Of a stretch of DNA of 64,000 bases, positions 28,617 to 38,383 are shown in pieces. This DNA comes from Escherichia phage N2. The notes beneath the pieces were generated by a model. It saw only the letters and a program-made list of their open reading frames with translations. It ran no database searches and was not told where the DNA came from. Every line of letters begins with the position of its first letter. Positions within the stretch are counted from its first letter, which is position 1. The DNA lies in the sequence record ON645936.1; one strand, given 5' to 3'. The position numbers were made by a program, and so were the translations under genes.

Positions 28617-29154
28617 TTACTATTTCCAACAGTTTATTATTTTTAAGGTAGTTAGCCTTTTCTAGGACTTCAGAAGCATATTTAGAACCTGCTTTAACAT
28701 TCCATCCCGAATTATAAGAGGATATTGCCTTTCTTATATCGCCCTTATGTATATTTAACCAATAAGAAAGTTCAATGTACGCCCAGGAAGCTGAATTGGA
28801 CCGTTTATTCAACATTCTTTTTATTTCGGCATCGGTCATATTATAACCAAGTTCCTTAACTCTTGCTCGCATAGTTGGCAAATAATTTTGGAACATTCCG
28901 TAGGCATGATGCTTTGGTTTAGATTTTAAATTAACTCCGGCAGAGCTTTCTTGCCACAAAATAGCAGCCATTATATGACCCAATCCGCTCTTGTGGATGT
29001 TTTTGTGTGTTTTATATTTTCCATCCTTAGAAAATTGTTCCCCGAATTGATATGCGTAGCGCATGTTATCGAGTTGGACATTACTGAAAGTATGCTCGGA
29101 GCTATGTGCCATCATTGAAATGGCCAATAGACCAGCGAGTAGTGCTTTTCTCAT
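28609..29154 (-). CDS. secreted lytic-transglycosylase-like protein
   Basis: 181 aa; signal peptide; WQESSAG...AYGMFQ resembles the SLT catalytic ES...GLMQ motif. Confidence 0.5.
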   Translation of the reverse strand: MRKALLAGLLAISMMAHSSEHTFSNVQLDNMRYAYQFGEQFSKDGKYKTHKNIHKSGLGHIMAAILWQESSAGVNLKSKPKHHAYGMFQNYLPTMRARVKELGYNMTDAEIKRMLNKRSNSASWAYIELSYWLNIHKGDIRKAISSYNSGWNVKAGSKYASEVLEKANYLKNNKLLEIVND

Positions 29155-29161
29155 GCTTACC

Positions 29162-29623
29162 TCATTGAGTTTTAATTACTGCTTTAGAAGCCTTTCCTGG
29201 TAAACGACGACTGTTGATAATTGCCATCCTACATTGAAGCGACGGGTCTTTGAACTTCGCATTAGGTTTACAAACTGTGAATCCAAGCCAAAGATTTCCA
29301 TCTGTGATTTCTAAACGTCCAGGGCGATATTCAACCCCATCAATAAAATCCTCGTCAATGTCAGGACGCGGAGGCATACTCAGGAATTCATTAACTTCTA
29401 AAACATGGTCTTTTATTTTGTGGAATAATTCAAAAACATATGTCTCATCAATCTCCCGTTGAATTGCACGATCAAGAAGATGCTGAGAATATTTTAGATG
29501 AAACGATGAGACCCCTGCTGCTTTTGATGCCTCACGAATCTCATTGTTAATTTGACGAAACTCCGACTCAAAGTGACGACGAAGCTTATTTCGACGGATA
29601 AAAACTTCTGTGTTGATAGTCAT
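29162..29623 (-). CDS. regB: endoribonuclease RegB
   Basis: 153 aa; MTINTEVFIRRNKLRRHFESEFRQINNEIREASKAAG recognised as T4 RegB. Confidence 0.95.
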   Translation of the reverse strand: MTINTEVFIRRNKLRRHFESEFRQINNEIREASKAAGVSSFHLKYSQHLLDRAIQREIDETYVFELFHKIKDHVLEVNEFLSMPPRPDIDEDFIDGVEYRPGRLEITDGNLWLGFTVCKPNAKFKDPSLQCRMAIINSRRLPGKASKAVIKTQ

Positions 29624-29650
29624 GTTATTCTCCTCTTAACTGATAGAAAA

Positions 29651-29680
29651 ATTATACCACAGTCAAGAGGAAAAGTAAAC
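29651..29680 (-). promoter_or_regulatory. T4-type early promoter (GTTTAC-N18-TATAAT) upstream of regB
   Basis: canonical hexamers with 18-nt spacer on minus strand. Confidence 0.55.
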
Positions 29681-29682
29681 AG

Positions 29683-30003
29683 TTATTCTTTAAATCTAAT
29701 CAATTTATTCATAGACTTTGAAACTTCTGCACGAACCTCATGTAGGTTTTTAAGCTGTTCAAGACGTTGCTCATAGTAAGCAATTTCATCTTCTTCGAGA
29801 CAGTCCTGTGAATCTTCTTTAAGATAACGTGCGTAGTCCTGGAAAGCTTTACGGACTACTTCTTGGAAGTCATCAAGACTTTGAATTTTCTTAGGAGCAA
29901 CAGATACACGACGAGGGGCAGTATAATACTCATAACCAAACCCTGCGCTTAATTGAGCCATTAATATTTTTCCTCTGGTTGGAACACTGCGCGACAAGCC
30001 CAC
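29683..30003 (-). CDS. hypothetical protein (vs.3 position)
   Basis: 106-aa ORF; real start may be internal (MAQLS). Confidence 0.4.
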   Translation of the reverse strand: MGLSRSVPTRGKILMAQLSAGFGYEYYTAPRRVSVAPKKIQSLDDFQEVVRKAFQDYARYLKEDSQDCLEEDEIAYYEQRLEQLKNLHEVRAEVSKSMNKLIRFKE

Positions 30004-30227
30004 ATACTGGCTTCTTTGAGTTTCGTTTTAGCAATAGTTAACTGATCGAGGCTTTCGGCGTAATTCTTCGCAAGTTCATCATCTTCACAGCTATCAAATG
30101 CTTCCCAAAATTCATCGTATAAAGCATCAAAGATAAGTCCTAAACGAACTTCAGCGTCTTTGATGGCATTCACTTTACCGATTTTCTTTTCAGTATGTGG
30201 CTTATAACCCTTAATATCTTCAATCAT
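29961..30227 (-). CDS. hypothetical protein at the vs.4 position (candidate Acb2-like cyclic-nucleotide sponge)
   Basis: 88-aa ORF, second gene upstream of regB; assignment is positional and by size only. Confidence 0.35.
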   Translation of the reverse strand: MIEDIKGYKPHTEKKIGKVNAIKDAEVRLGLIFDALYDEFWEAFDSCEDDELAKNYAESLDQLTIAKTKLKEASMWACRAVFQPEEKY

Positions 30228-30441
30228 ATTTTACTTCCTCGCCAGTACCCAAATCATATTCAACTAAACGAATAGGTTCATGAATGCCATATCCCTGAAC
30301 AGAAATTTCTGTCGTAGGATAAATTCCATCAATATCACCCATATTCCATGCTTCATTAAATTGCTGTTCGCCTGAATTACTAAACCACTCGGCGAAAGCA
30401 TTTAGCACATCTTCAGAACCTTCAATAATTATCTTTGCCAT
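30220..30441 (-). CDS. hypothetical protein
   Basis: 73-aa ORF. Confidence 0.4.
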   Translation of the reverse strand: MAKIIIEGSEDVLNAFAEWFSNSGEQQFNEAWNMGDIDGIYPTTEISVQGYGIHEPIRLVEYDLGTGEEVKYD

Positions 30442-30803
30442 TACAGACTCTCAGTAAAGGTACGAGCGATAACGTCGCGCTGCTGTTCCGGAGTCAGAGA
30501 GTTAAAGCGAACTGCATAACCGGATACACGGATGGTCAGCTGCGGATATTTTTCCGGATGCTTAACTGCATCTTCCAGAGTTTCACGACGCAGAACGTTA
30601 ACGTTCAGGTGTTGACCACCTTCAATTTTAACTGTAGGCTGTTGCTCAATTTCAATTTCACGGGCATGCAAACCGTAGAAAATTTCTGGGTCTACAAAAG
30701 AGTCCTCTTTAAAGGTTTTAGAAACAATAATTCGTGCTTGAATACCATCTTCAAAATAAATAGTACCTTTATGTGTGCCTTCAAGAATTTGATATGCTTT
30801 CAT
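30441..30803 (-). CDS. autonomous glycyl-radical cofactor (GrcA/YfiD-like)
   Basis: 120 aa; C-terminal [13 protein letters not shown] glycyl-radical signature. Confidence 0.7.
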   Translation of the reverse strand: MKAYQILEGTHKGTIYFEDGIQARIIVSKTFKEDSFVDPEIFYGLHAREIEIEQQPTVKIEGGQHLNVNVLRRETLEDAVKHPEKYPQLTIRVSGYAVRFNSLTPEQQRDVIARTFTESL

Positions 30804-30809
30804 ATAACC

Positions 30810-31190
30810 TCAATTAGAAAATAAATTTATCCAAGATTGTTCTTTAATTAAAAATGGCTCAGAATCATATGCCATTAAACTTTGGGTGATTAGTCCTTTA
30901 AAAGGCCCATCAATAAATTCCATGGTAAAATATGGAATTTTATTCATTAACTTTGCATTAGGAGCAGTGCACAAAACTCTGCATCCTTTGAATACACCTT
31001 TTTGTAATTTGTATTGCTTAGGATAAAATTCGCTCAAGACGTTGTTATTTGCCAAAATTTCAAAATGATTCACCAATTTATTTTTAATAGTTTTTGGCGA
31101 AAAATAAAGATATTCGAAAAGTTGCGTATCTGTCATCATTGCATTCCAATTACGAAAAACTGCGGACGAGTAATACCACCAATGCAGCAT
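30810..31190 (-). CDS. hypothetical protein
   Basis: 126-aa ORF; start probably internal near 31139. Confidence 0.4.
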   Translation of the reverse strand: MLHWWYYSSAVFRNWNAMMTDTQLFEYLYFSPKTIKNKLVNHFEILANNNVLSEFYPKQYKLQKGVFKGCRVLCTAPNAKLMNKIPYFTMEFIDGPFKGLITQSLMAYDSEPFLIKEQSWINLFSN

Positions 31191-31726
31191 TTACTATTGC
31201 AGCAGTGTTGCACAGTTTCAATATGAATATCGTAAATTTTATCCATATCAGGAGATTTAACAGGCTCATCGATTATATACAAAATTCGAGAAAGCGATAA
31301 ACCTCTGAACTTGCTACCTCTATTACCAACAAAACTACGGACAGAATCAGTAAATAAACGGAATCGAATATCATCGCTAGAATAACGAGAAAATTCTTTT
31401 TTAATGCGGCCCGCAGAAATTTTAGCGTAAGCTGAAGTATTAGAAAGAACAATAACTGTTCCACCGTCATACAACCAATTAGCGGCAAAATTAGTTACTG
31501 CAGTTGATTTACCAGATTGTCTGCCACCATCTAAACGAAGTGTACAATATTCTTTAAATAAATGCGACGAATCAGGTACATAAAATCCACTATTACAAAT
31601 TTCTTCTACTCTAGCATCAGAATGGTGTGTAAAAGCATTCATCAGGGATAGATAAGGACCAGTTAAAAATGTTCTCATTTTATTCTCTCTAAATTTGGGC
31701 CATTCCATGGCGCATGAATTGTCCAT
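31136..31726 (-). CDS. small P-loop NTPase
   Basis: 196-aa ORF; Walker A GGRQSGKST, Walker B ILYIIDEP. Confidence 0.5.
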   Translation of the reverse strand: MDNSCAMEWPKFRENKMRTFLTGPYLSLMNAFTHHSDARVEEICNSGFYVPDSSHLFKEYCTLRLDGGRQSGKSTAVTNFAANWLYDGGTVIVLSNTSAYAKISAGRIKKEFSRYSSDDIRFRLFTDSVRSFVGNRGSKFRGLSLSRILYIIDEPVKSPDMDKIYDIHIETVQHCCNSKCCIGGITRPQFFVIGMQ

Positions 31727-31821
31727 TTCTGTATTTACCCATTACCGCACTTGGGCTCGACCTTATTACAGGTTGGCGGGAATCCCTCATAGAATCATGA
31801 GGTCCAGGTTGTTCCCATGTT

Positions 31822-31892
31822 ATTTGAATGTAAATATTTTTGCCTTAATACTTATACCAGTGTGGCTTCATTAAAATTTTTTCATCGAGTCA
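31822..31892 (-). pseudogene. denV remnant (start codon fused to a diverged copy of the last ~70 nt of denV)
   Basis: minus strand ATGACTCGATGAAAAAATTTTAATGAAGCCACACTGGTATAAG... aligns with the denV start plus the denV 3' end at 32263-32335; reads M-T-R-stop. Confidence 0.5.
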
Positions 31893-31918
31893 TTTTACCT
31901 CTCTAAGTAATTATGAAT

Positions 31919-31948
31919 ATACTATCACAATTTTAGGAGAAAGTAAAC
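31919..31948 (-). promoter_or_regulatory. T4-type early promoter (GTTTAC-N18-TAGTAT); near-identical copy of the denV promoter
   Basis: sequence at 31913-31948 is ~90% identical to 32701-32737. Confidence 0.5.
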
Positions 31949-31950
31949 TG

Positions 31951-32253
31951 TTATTTACCTTTAATTACTTTAGCTGCTTCGATAGCCGCTTGCTGAAGGT
32001 CATCCATAGACATACCGAATTTAGAAGCAAAGTTATCAATTTTCTTTTCGACAGCATTCAAAGGCTTGGCCTGTTTACCTTCATTAGCACCAGGAAGAGC
32101 GAGAATACGCTCTTTGTCAATATAAAGGCTTACAAGTTTCTTACGGTCTTTATCGGACAAATCGTGAAATGAATGGGCCTTTTTATTTATAGCGGCTTCT
32201 AATTTACCTGCACTCACTCGCGCTTCAGTAATAAATTCTTGATATGTTTTCAT
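31951..32253 (-). CDS. ipII: internal protein II (packaged head protein with capsid-targeting sequence)
   Basis: 100 aa; N-terminus MKTYQEFITEA is the T4 IP capsid-targeting sequence with an IxE prohead-protease site. Confidence 0.8.
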   Translation of the reverse strand: MKTYQEFITEARVSAGKLEAAINKKAHSFHDLSDKDRKKLVSLYIDKERILALPGANEGKQAKPLNAVEKKIDNFASKFGMSMDDLQQAAIEAAKVIKGK

Positions 32254-32262
32254 ATGTTTCCT

Positions 32263-32679
32263 TTAAATGTAAATATTTTTACCGTAGTATTTATACCAGT
32301 ATGGTTTCATTAAAATTTTTTCGTTGAGTCGCTGTTGACTCAATTTAATAGCTGATTTGCATGGATTATAATCATTTTTCCATTCTGTTGGAATATCGCT
32401 TATGTCAGGAACTTCAGTGTCTTTTATACTGAACCCGCGTTTTAAGCATTCCATTATAATGTCTGATTGACGCTTTCGCAAAAATTCTAACTTGTCGTAA
32501 AAGAACGTAACATGACCAGAACCTAAAATAAACTCGGAAGATATTTTAAAATCTTTAACCCGCTTGCCATTTGCCACGTGTTTACGAACTATACCAAAAA
32601 CACGTGGCAATTCACGGTATTCTGCAATTAAATGTTGATCAGCAAGTTCAGATACTAAAGTCAAATTAATACGAGTCAT
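32263..32679 (-). CDS. denV: endonuclease V (pyrimidine-dimer glycosylase)
   Basis: 138 aa; [17 protein letters not shown]...WYKYYGK recognised as T4 DenV. Confidence 0.95.
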   Translation of the reverse strand: MTRINLTLVSELADQHLIAEYRELPRVFGIVRKHVANGKRVKDFKISSEFILGSGHVTFFYDKLEFLRKRQSDIIMECLKRGFSIKDTEVPDISDIPTEWKNDYNPCKSAIKLSQQRLNEKILMKPYWYKYYGKNIYI

Positions 32680-32704
32680 TTTATCCCTCCAAGTAACTGT
32701 GAAT

Positions 32705-32734
32705 ATACTATCACAGTTCTAGGAGAAAGTAAAC
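32705..32734 (-). promoter_or_regulatory. T4-type early promoter upstream of denV
   Basis: GTTTAC-N18-TAGTAT on minus strand. Confidence 0.5.
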
Positions 32735-32738
32735 AACT

Positions 32739-33269
<531 letters not shown>

Positions 33270-33725
33270 TTAAAAGAGGCTGTTCATTATTCGGTAAAGT
33301 GAAGGACCCATCACATATTGCCACTGAGTACGAGGAATAAGAGCAAAAGCATCCATCTCTGGAATCATAACACCATCTTTATTTTCAAAATAAGACTCGC
33401 AATGGCAATTTCTAAACATCTCATGCTCTACTGGAATCGTATAATAAAATAACTGTAAGTCTTTATTACTAGAATATTTAAATACACCTAGGTCTTCTAG
33501 AAGGTCTGGATTATAATTGCTAAAACCAGTCTCTTCTAAACATTCTCTTCGTGCTGCATCTAGTGCGCTTAAATCAGAACTTTCTACACGACCCTTTGGA
33601 ATATCCCAGCGATGGGCCATCATTCCAGGCTTACGAGAACCGGTAACCCGACCCATAAATAAATCTTTATCTTCTGTCATAAAGATAATACCAGCTGATA
33701 ATGTTTTCATTTTAATTTCCTGCAT
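33270..33725 (-). CDS. nudE: Nudix hydrolase NudE
   Basis: 151 aa; Nudix box GRVESSDLSALDAARRECLEETGF. Confidence 0.85.
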   Translation of the reverse strand: MQEIKMKTLSAGIIFMTEDKDLFMGRVTGSRKPGMMAHRWDIPKGRVESSDLSALDAARRECLEETGFSNYNPDLLEDLGVFKYSSNKDLQLFYYTIPVEHEMFRNCHCESYFENKDGVMIPEMDAFALIPRTQWQYVMGPSLYRIMNSLF

Positions 33726-33898
33726 TCAGTAATAAAGTTATTTAAATTTTGAGTATATTTCTTTTCATCAAAAATCTTTTGTTGTCTGCGTAGCCGCCAT
33801 GGCATTTCAATGAACGTGTACCATATCCCAGATAATATTGCTGCTGTAAAAATATTAACAAGTATGGTTAAAAGAATCCAATCTCCTATTCTGTCCAT
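33707..33898 (-). CDS. hypothetical small membrane protein
   Basis: 63 aa with one hydrophobic helix. Confidence 0.4.
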   Translation of the reverse strand: MDRIGDWILLTILVNIFTAAILSGIWYTFIEMPWRLRRQQKIFDEKKYTQNLNNFITECRKLK

Positions 33899-34196
33899 TG
33901 GATTTTTTATAAAAAAAGTAAAATACGAATGATGTCACAGGAAGACTAATAATATACCACAGAATCATAATTTTATCTGTGAACCAATCAGCGTTCGTTA
34001 ACTTAGCGCGACCATTATGAATACACACGAATTTATCATCTGTTGCAGTAGATGGCTTAACTGGTTGATATCCCATTCTAAACTCCCTAATCAGCAAATT
34101 TTTCATATCTTCGGAACAGCCATTCCAGTCAACTCTATCAACTGGAATGCCATCATCCCCATCATCTAAATCATACCAGCGAGTTTTTAAAATCAT
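33855..34196 (-). CDS. hypothetical protein
   Basis: 113-aa ORF. Confidence 0.4.
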   Translation of the reverse strand: MILKTRWYDLDDGDDGIPVDRVDWNGCSEDMKNLLIREFRMGYQPVKPSTATDDKFVCIHNGRAKLTNADWFTDKIMILWYIISLPVTSFVFYFFYKKSNGQNRRLDSFNHTC

Positions 34197-34567
34197 CTGA
34201 TTTTCCTACAATCACTCACAAACTCTTTCATTGATTCATTTTCAATATAAGACATGTAGTTATTATATTCTTTTAATTGTATTTTGTAATCCTTTTTTCT
34301 TTGCCAATTTATTTTAAAATTATCATAATGAAAATATAAAATAATACCAAAGAATGAAAATAATGAAATCGCTATAGTATAATGAAGTTCACTCCAAACT
34401 TCTATTATATCTACTATACCAGTGACGTTACTATTGATGTTTAAAATAAAACAATCAATTAACAGTCCAATAAGACTACCCGCAAGAGCTGCAAATACTG
34501 ATACGGCAAGAATTAATAGTGCCTCAGGAAACGAATATTTGACTTTATTTAGTTTTGGCTTTTGCAT
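34193..34567 (-). CDS. hypothetical membrane protein
   Basis: 124 aa, two hydrophobic segments. Confidence 0.45.
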   Translation of the reverse strand: MQKPKLNKVKYSFPEALLILAVSVFAALAGSLIGLLIDCFILNINSNVTGIVDIIEVWSELHYTIAISLFSFFGIILYFHYDNFKINWQRKKDYKIQLKEYNNYMSYIENESMKEFVSDCRKIR

Positions 34568-34962
34568 CGTGATTCCTTAACAAATTTCATAATTTCGTTA
34601 AATTCATACGCAGCGAGTTTAAGCTGGTGTTCCTTTTTAATCTTTTTACACTGAGCTTTCCATTCACGTACGCGTTTACGATAATGTCTTCCTTGATACC
34701 AGTATCCTACCCAATTTACAGGTACTAATAAAAGCGGAATTATTAATGGAAGAATTAGCGTTGCTCCAAATATTACACCGGATTCAATATCAGTCATAAC
34801 GTCTATAACCATTCCAGCAATCAGCAGAATCACAAATGATACAGCTACCACAGGACCCATTAATACATCAGTAGAAATTATCTGGCGCTTTAGTTCATAC
34901 TTCAAAGGTTTACTTGGAAGGTATAGTGATGGCTTTGACATATTCTCTACATTCCTTAACAA
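34549..34962 (-). CDS. hypothetical membrane protein
   Basis: 137 aa, two hydrophobic segments. Confidence 0.45.
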   Translation of the reverse strand: MLRNVENMSKPSLYLPSKPLKYELKRQIISTDVLMGPVVAVSFVILLIAGMVIDVMTDIESGVIFGATLILPLIIPLLLVPVNWVGYWYQGRHYRKRVREWKAQCKKIKKEHQLKLAAYEFNEIMKFVKESRCKSQN

Positions 34963-35518
34963 ATTTTTCTAATAATAAATCGCTTTCAAAATTAGGATTT
35001 TCTACGAATTTATCAAAAAGATCATCAACAATAGTAAAGATATTCTTTTTACTAAGAATACGCTTATTTTCATATTTTGTTTCAGAGTCAACTATAAGAG
35101 TAAAGAAATATTTCTTTCCCTGAAATTTTACTGTAGTATCAATATAAAATAAATTTGACTTTTGTAAATTACGTCTAAACCCCGCGTCACTTAAACTATA
35201 AACGCCAAGATAATCATAATCGTCGTTTAAATAACAAACTGTCCATTCAGGAGAAATGAAATCAGTAAATTCAACATCAAAATCACATGTCAATGAATGA
35301 ATTGATTCAATACTGTTAATAAGTATTCCAGGACGTATTAAAGACTTTTTACCTCTAGAAAATCTTCCAGAAAGGCTTTCATCAGTTTCATACGAAGACC
35401 CCCAATAGTAATTACGTCCTTCTGCCATACGTTTAAGAGCATTTAGTAATTGGTCTGGAACATCAACCTGTCTTTGGAACTCTTCAAACATTGAATTGAA
35501 ATCATTTTGCATTTTCAT
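34910..35518 (-). CDS. hypothetical protein
   Basis: 202-aa ORF. Confidence 0.45.
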   Translation of the reverse strand: MKMQNDFNSMFEEFQRQVDVPDQLLNALKRMAEGRNYYWGSSYETDESLSGRFSRGKKSLIRPGILINSIESIHSLTCDFDVEFTDFISPEWTVCYLNDDYDYLGVYSLSDAGFRRNLQKSNLFYIDTTVKFQGKKYFFTLIVDSETKYENKRILSKKNIFTIVDDLFDKFVENPNFESDLLLEKFVKECREYVKAITIPSK

Positions 35519-35539
35519 TCCTATTTACTCCAAGTAATA

Positions 35540-35553
35540 GGGGCCGAAGCCCC
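35540..35553 (-). terminator. stem-loop GGGGCUUCGGCCCC between genes
   Basis: perfect 5-bp GC stem with UUCG loop just upstream of the 35518 start. Confidence 0.4.
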
Positions 35554-35559
35554 TTATCA

Positions 35560-36153
35560 TTATTTCAGAGAATTAATATATTCCTGAATATCGGCAGAGG
35601 TGGTTTCAACCCCAGAAATATTACCGTTAAAGGTTTCAACTCGAGCAAGAGTATCTTCAATATCAACCTTAGTTAGCGCTGCGATTTCAACTACATCATC
35701 AGCAGTACTAATTCCAAGGGCATTTGCCGCACGAGTTTCACGGATATATTCCAATTTAACTGCAAGTTCTTGGCGAGCATCATCTAACTCAACTACTTTC
35801 TTGGCGATTTCAATTCGCATTTCAGCATAACCATCAGCTTTAGTAGTCAACTGCTCAGCTGTTCGACGATATAGCAAACCGAGTTTAGCGTGCATTGTTA
35901 CATCTTGACCTTCGGAAAGAAGTTTACGAATTTCACGCTCTTTTGATTCAGCCTGTCTATTCTTTTCGACAATAAGTTCACGAATACGTTTTTCTTCATT
36001 AATAGATTTAACAGAAGCAGTTTTTAAGTCTTTAATTTTATCAAGTAGTTTTGCTGCTGCAGCAGTATACTGTTCTTCAACAGATAGATTTTTAGCCATA
36101 GCAGAACCAAGTTTAGTGCGAATAAACTCAACAATTTTCTTCAGTGTGTTCAT
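35560..36153 (-). CDS. hypothetical coiled-coil protein (possibly PspA/IM30-like)
   Basis: 197 aa, strongly helical charged repeats; family assignment is a guess. Confidence 0.4.
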   Translation of the reverse strand: MNTLKKIVEFIRTKLGSAMAKNLSVEEQYTAAAAKLLDKIKDLKTASVKSINEEKRIRELIVEKNRQAESKEREIRKLLSEGQDVTMHAKLGLLYRRTAEQLTTKADGYAEMRIEIAKKVVELDDARQELAVKLEYIRETRAANALGISTADDVVEIAALTKVDIEDTLARVETFNGNISGVETTSADIQEYINSLK

Positions 36154-36195
36154 AGTATTTCCTTAGGTTGATTAAAAATTAAAATCTGTGGAAGA

Positions 36196-36225
36196 ATTAT
36201 ATCATGCTATTTAAGAGATGTAAAC
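36196..36225 (-). promoter_or_regulatory. T4-type early promoter (GTTTAC-N18-TATAAT)
   Basis: canonical hexamers on minus strand. Confidence 0.55.
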
Positions 36226-36727
36226 TATTTTTAATTTTACAAATTCGTTCAGCTTCTTCAACAGCGGCGGCGATAATGCTTTTAGCTATAGGAGTACTAA
36301 TACTAGTAGCTTTTACACTTAACACGATTTCTTTATCTTTACCAGGCCAACCCCACGATTTTTCACCGTGAGTGCCTTTAATTACAGCAGACACCTCAAG
36401 TGAGCATCCATTATCATATGTTTTTACATTAACAACCCAAGGGTCACTTTTCTCAATCGGTTTCTCAATCGGTTTATCCCAGTAAATATTAAGAATACGT
36501 GGGATATCAAATTTGGCAGGACAAATCTTAACCGTAAGACCTTCGCTTTCTAGCCAATTAATAAGAGGGCGTTCATACAGACGACGATGTGGGCTTGGGA
36601 TTCGACAAGCCTTATGTCCGTTGCTTGCGGCTTCACTAAGCTGTTCTAATACCTGCTTTTGCATTATTGATAAGATACTATCAAAAGATTTTTCGGAAGT
36701 TTCATTCAGTTCGGTATAAAGAGACAT
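36197..36727 (-). CDS. hypothetical protein
   Basis: 176-aa ORF. Confidence 0.45.
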   Translation of the reverse strand: MSLYTELNETSEKSFDSILSIMQKQVLEQLSEAASNGHKACRIPSPHRRLYERPLINWLESEGLTVKICPAKFDIPRILNIYWDKPIEKPIEKSDPWVVNVKTYDNGCSLEVSAVIKGTHGEKSWGWPGKDKEIVLSVKATSISTPIAKSIIAAAVEEAERICKIKNSLHLLNSMI

Positions 36728-36782
36728 AACAGTTTCCTCAAATTATAGGCTCATAATATCTCAATCATGAGCCTATGTAAAC

Positions 36783-37058
36783 TTATTTCATATTATTGAA
36801 ATATTCTTCTGCGATTTCGTCGTTATCATGGTAAACTTTAGAAGACAGTTTAACATAACCTTCTGCTGTGAACATGTTAATCACAACTTTTACAGTATAC
36901 CATTGACCATCTTCATTACCCATTACTGCGTAAGTTTCAAACATCGGATGGTCAGGACCGATGACTTTAATATCATTCACTGTACGACCGAAATCTTCTG
37001 AAACGCATTTCATAAAGAAGTTGAACAGTTCGCCGTAATTATCCATTTTATTCTCCAA
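36783..37058 (-). CDS. hypothetical protein
   Basis: 91-aa ORF downstream of promoter 37089-37119. Confidence 0.45.
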   Translation of the reverse strand: MENKMDNYGELFNFFMKCVSEDFGRTVNDIKVIGPDHPMFETYAVMGNEDGQWYTVKVVINMFTAEGYVKLSSKVYHDNDEIAEEYFNNMK

Positions 37059-37088
37059 GTTGTTTTCTGTATCAGTAGTTGATATTGA

Positions 37089-37119
37089 TATAGTACCATG
37101 GAAGAACAGGGATGTAAAC
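37089..37119 (-). promoter_or_regulatory. T4-type early promoter
   Basis: GTTTAC-N18-TACTATA on minus strand. Confidence 0.5.
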
Positions 37120-37258
37120 CATTTTGTGAAAAAATTTTTTTAAAAGTTTTAGGGAATTCTAGGGCAGGGAGGGGCAATTAAAGGATAGGATAATATATTA
37201 TAAAGGGTAGAAACTAAATGATGCCTAGAGAGGTCCAAAAAGGCCTAGATACTAAAAA

Positions 37259-37280
37259 GCCCCAACCTTTCGGCTGGGGC
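37259..37280 (-). terminator. rho-independent terminator at the end of the tRNA/small-RNA region
   Basis: 9-bp stem GCCCCAGCC...GGUUGGGGC with GAAA loop then UUUUU on minus strand. Confidence 0.55.
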
Positions 37281-37332
37281 TAAGCCTTGCGGCAACCTTG
37301 TCGGGGTTCCACCTGCTAAGGCAAGTGTTTGT

Positions 37333-37423
37333 ACGAAACGCCGGGATTCGAACCCGGTTATTGAGCAGTTGACGCTACTCAATATTTTAAAAGGCCATAT
37401 CTCGACCATATCCGAACGTTCCG
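37333..37423 (-). ncRNA. tRNA-like structured small RNA (possible rnaC/rnaD-type stable RNA)
   Basis: canonical T-arm CCGGG-UUCGAAU-CCCGG with a 7-bp acceptor-like stem (CGGAACG/CGUUUCG) but ~91 nt and no clean anticodon arm. Confidence 0.3.
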
Positions 37424-37596
37424 TCAAAAACGCTACTCGGTTTACGGCAAAGATATTTCCTCGAATCGATAATTCGGTGCGCCGTTTCTGCTGTGATGTA
37501 AGGGGGCATTAACCGATCGTAAAGATTTGTTAACACAATTCCTTACCCAGGGAACATCAGTCCGACGACTTACCGGTAGCGACCCGGTTTCTCATT

Positions 37597-37673
37597 TGGT
37601 CGAGGCAGAAGGATTCTAACCTTCAACCAACGGATTAGAAATCCGTTGCTCTATACAATTGAGCTATGCCCCG
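37597..37673 (-). tRNA. tRNA-Arg (anticodon UCU), CCA encoded
   Basis: manual fold: acceptor CGGGGCA/UGCCUCG, anticodon stem ACGGA/UCCGU, loop UUUCUAA, T-arm GAAGG-UUAGAAU-CCUUC. Confidence 0.75.
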
Positions 37674-37676
37674 TAA

Positions 37677-38342
37677 TTAAAATTTCATTTTTCGACCTTT
37701 AAACCATCCTTCTGGAATTGGGTCAGTTTTCTTAATACGTTTAGAAACTTTTTCATCTAATGAATGAATCCACATCATACCGAATTGGGAATTCTTTTCA
37801 CCTTGTTGGTGTTTATTTCTGGCGTGAGATTCTTTCATTTTATTAATAGTTTCAGGAGTATGATGCTTATTTAAAAATCTGCTATTATTTAAAAATTTTT
37901 CCCTGTATTCAGGAGTTGACCACAAGCGTTTAAATACATTTGAACCATGTTTACGATATTTTTCTTGAAGTAAAATATCATTTTTAAAACGTGACTTAAA
38001 CGATTTAGCTCCTTTTAAACTAGCGTCTTTCTTCTGATTTAGCATCTCAGGAATATTTAAATGGTCCCATCCACCTTCACCGCCAAGTTTTAAATTATAC
38101 ACATCTGGTCTATTTAAAAACTCTTCTGTGACAATATTTTTCTCGGCTTCAAGCATAGATTCTTTATCATCAAAATACTCTAATATTTCTTTAGAGAAAT
38201 TTTCTATACCATACTTGTCTTGGGCTCTTTTTAATAATTTACCAGAACCCATATATCCATCATCTAAATTTTCGGTAGAATGCACGCCAATATAAATTTT
38301 ATTATTAATTTTATTTGTTATTTTATAAGTGTAATGGAACAT
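37677..38342 (-). CDS. segB: GIY-YIG homing endonuclease SegB
   Basis: 221 aa; YTYKITNKINNKIYIGVH...GYMGSG; located inside the tRNA cluster as T4 segB. Confidence 0.85.
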   Translation of the reverse strand: MFHYTYKITNKINNKIYIGVHSTENLDDGYMGSGKLLKRAQDKYGIENFSKEILEYFDDKESMLEAEKNIVTEEFLNRPDVYNLKLGGEGGWDHLNIPEMLNQKKDASLKGAKSFKSRFKNDILLQEKYRKHGSNVFKRLWSTPEYREKFLNNSRFLNKHHTPETINKMKESHARNKHQQGEKNSQFGMMWIHSLDEKVSKRIKKTDPIPEGWFKGRKMKF

Positions 38343-38383
38343 AAATATCTCCTATTTCTAAGAGTATTTATGTTCCCAAAATA

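Noticed and set aside
35560-36153. PspA/IM30 assignment for the 197-aa coiled-coil protein
   Set aside because: Kept only as a low-confidence note; based on helical charged composition without a diagnostic motif, so not raised as a finding.
37245-37427. 60-aa minus-strand ORF
   Set aside because: Lies across the terminator hairpin and tRNA-like RNA region; Pro/Gly/Arg-rich translation typical of GC-rich structured RNA read as protein.
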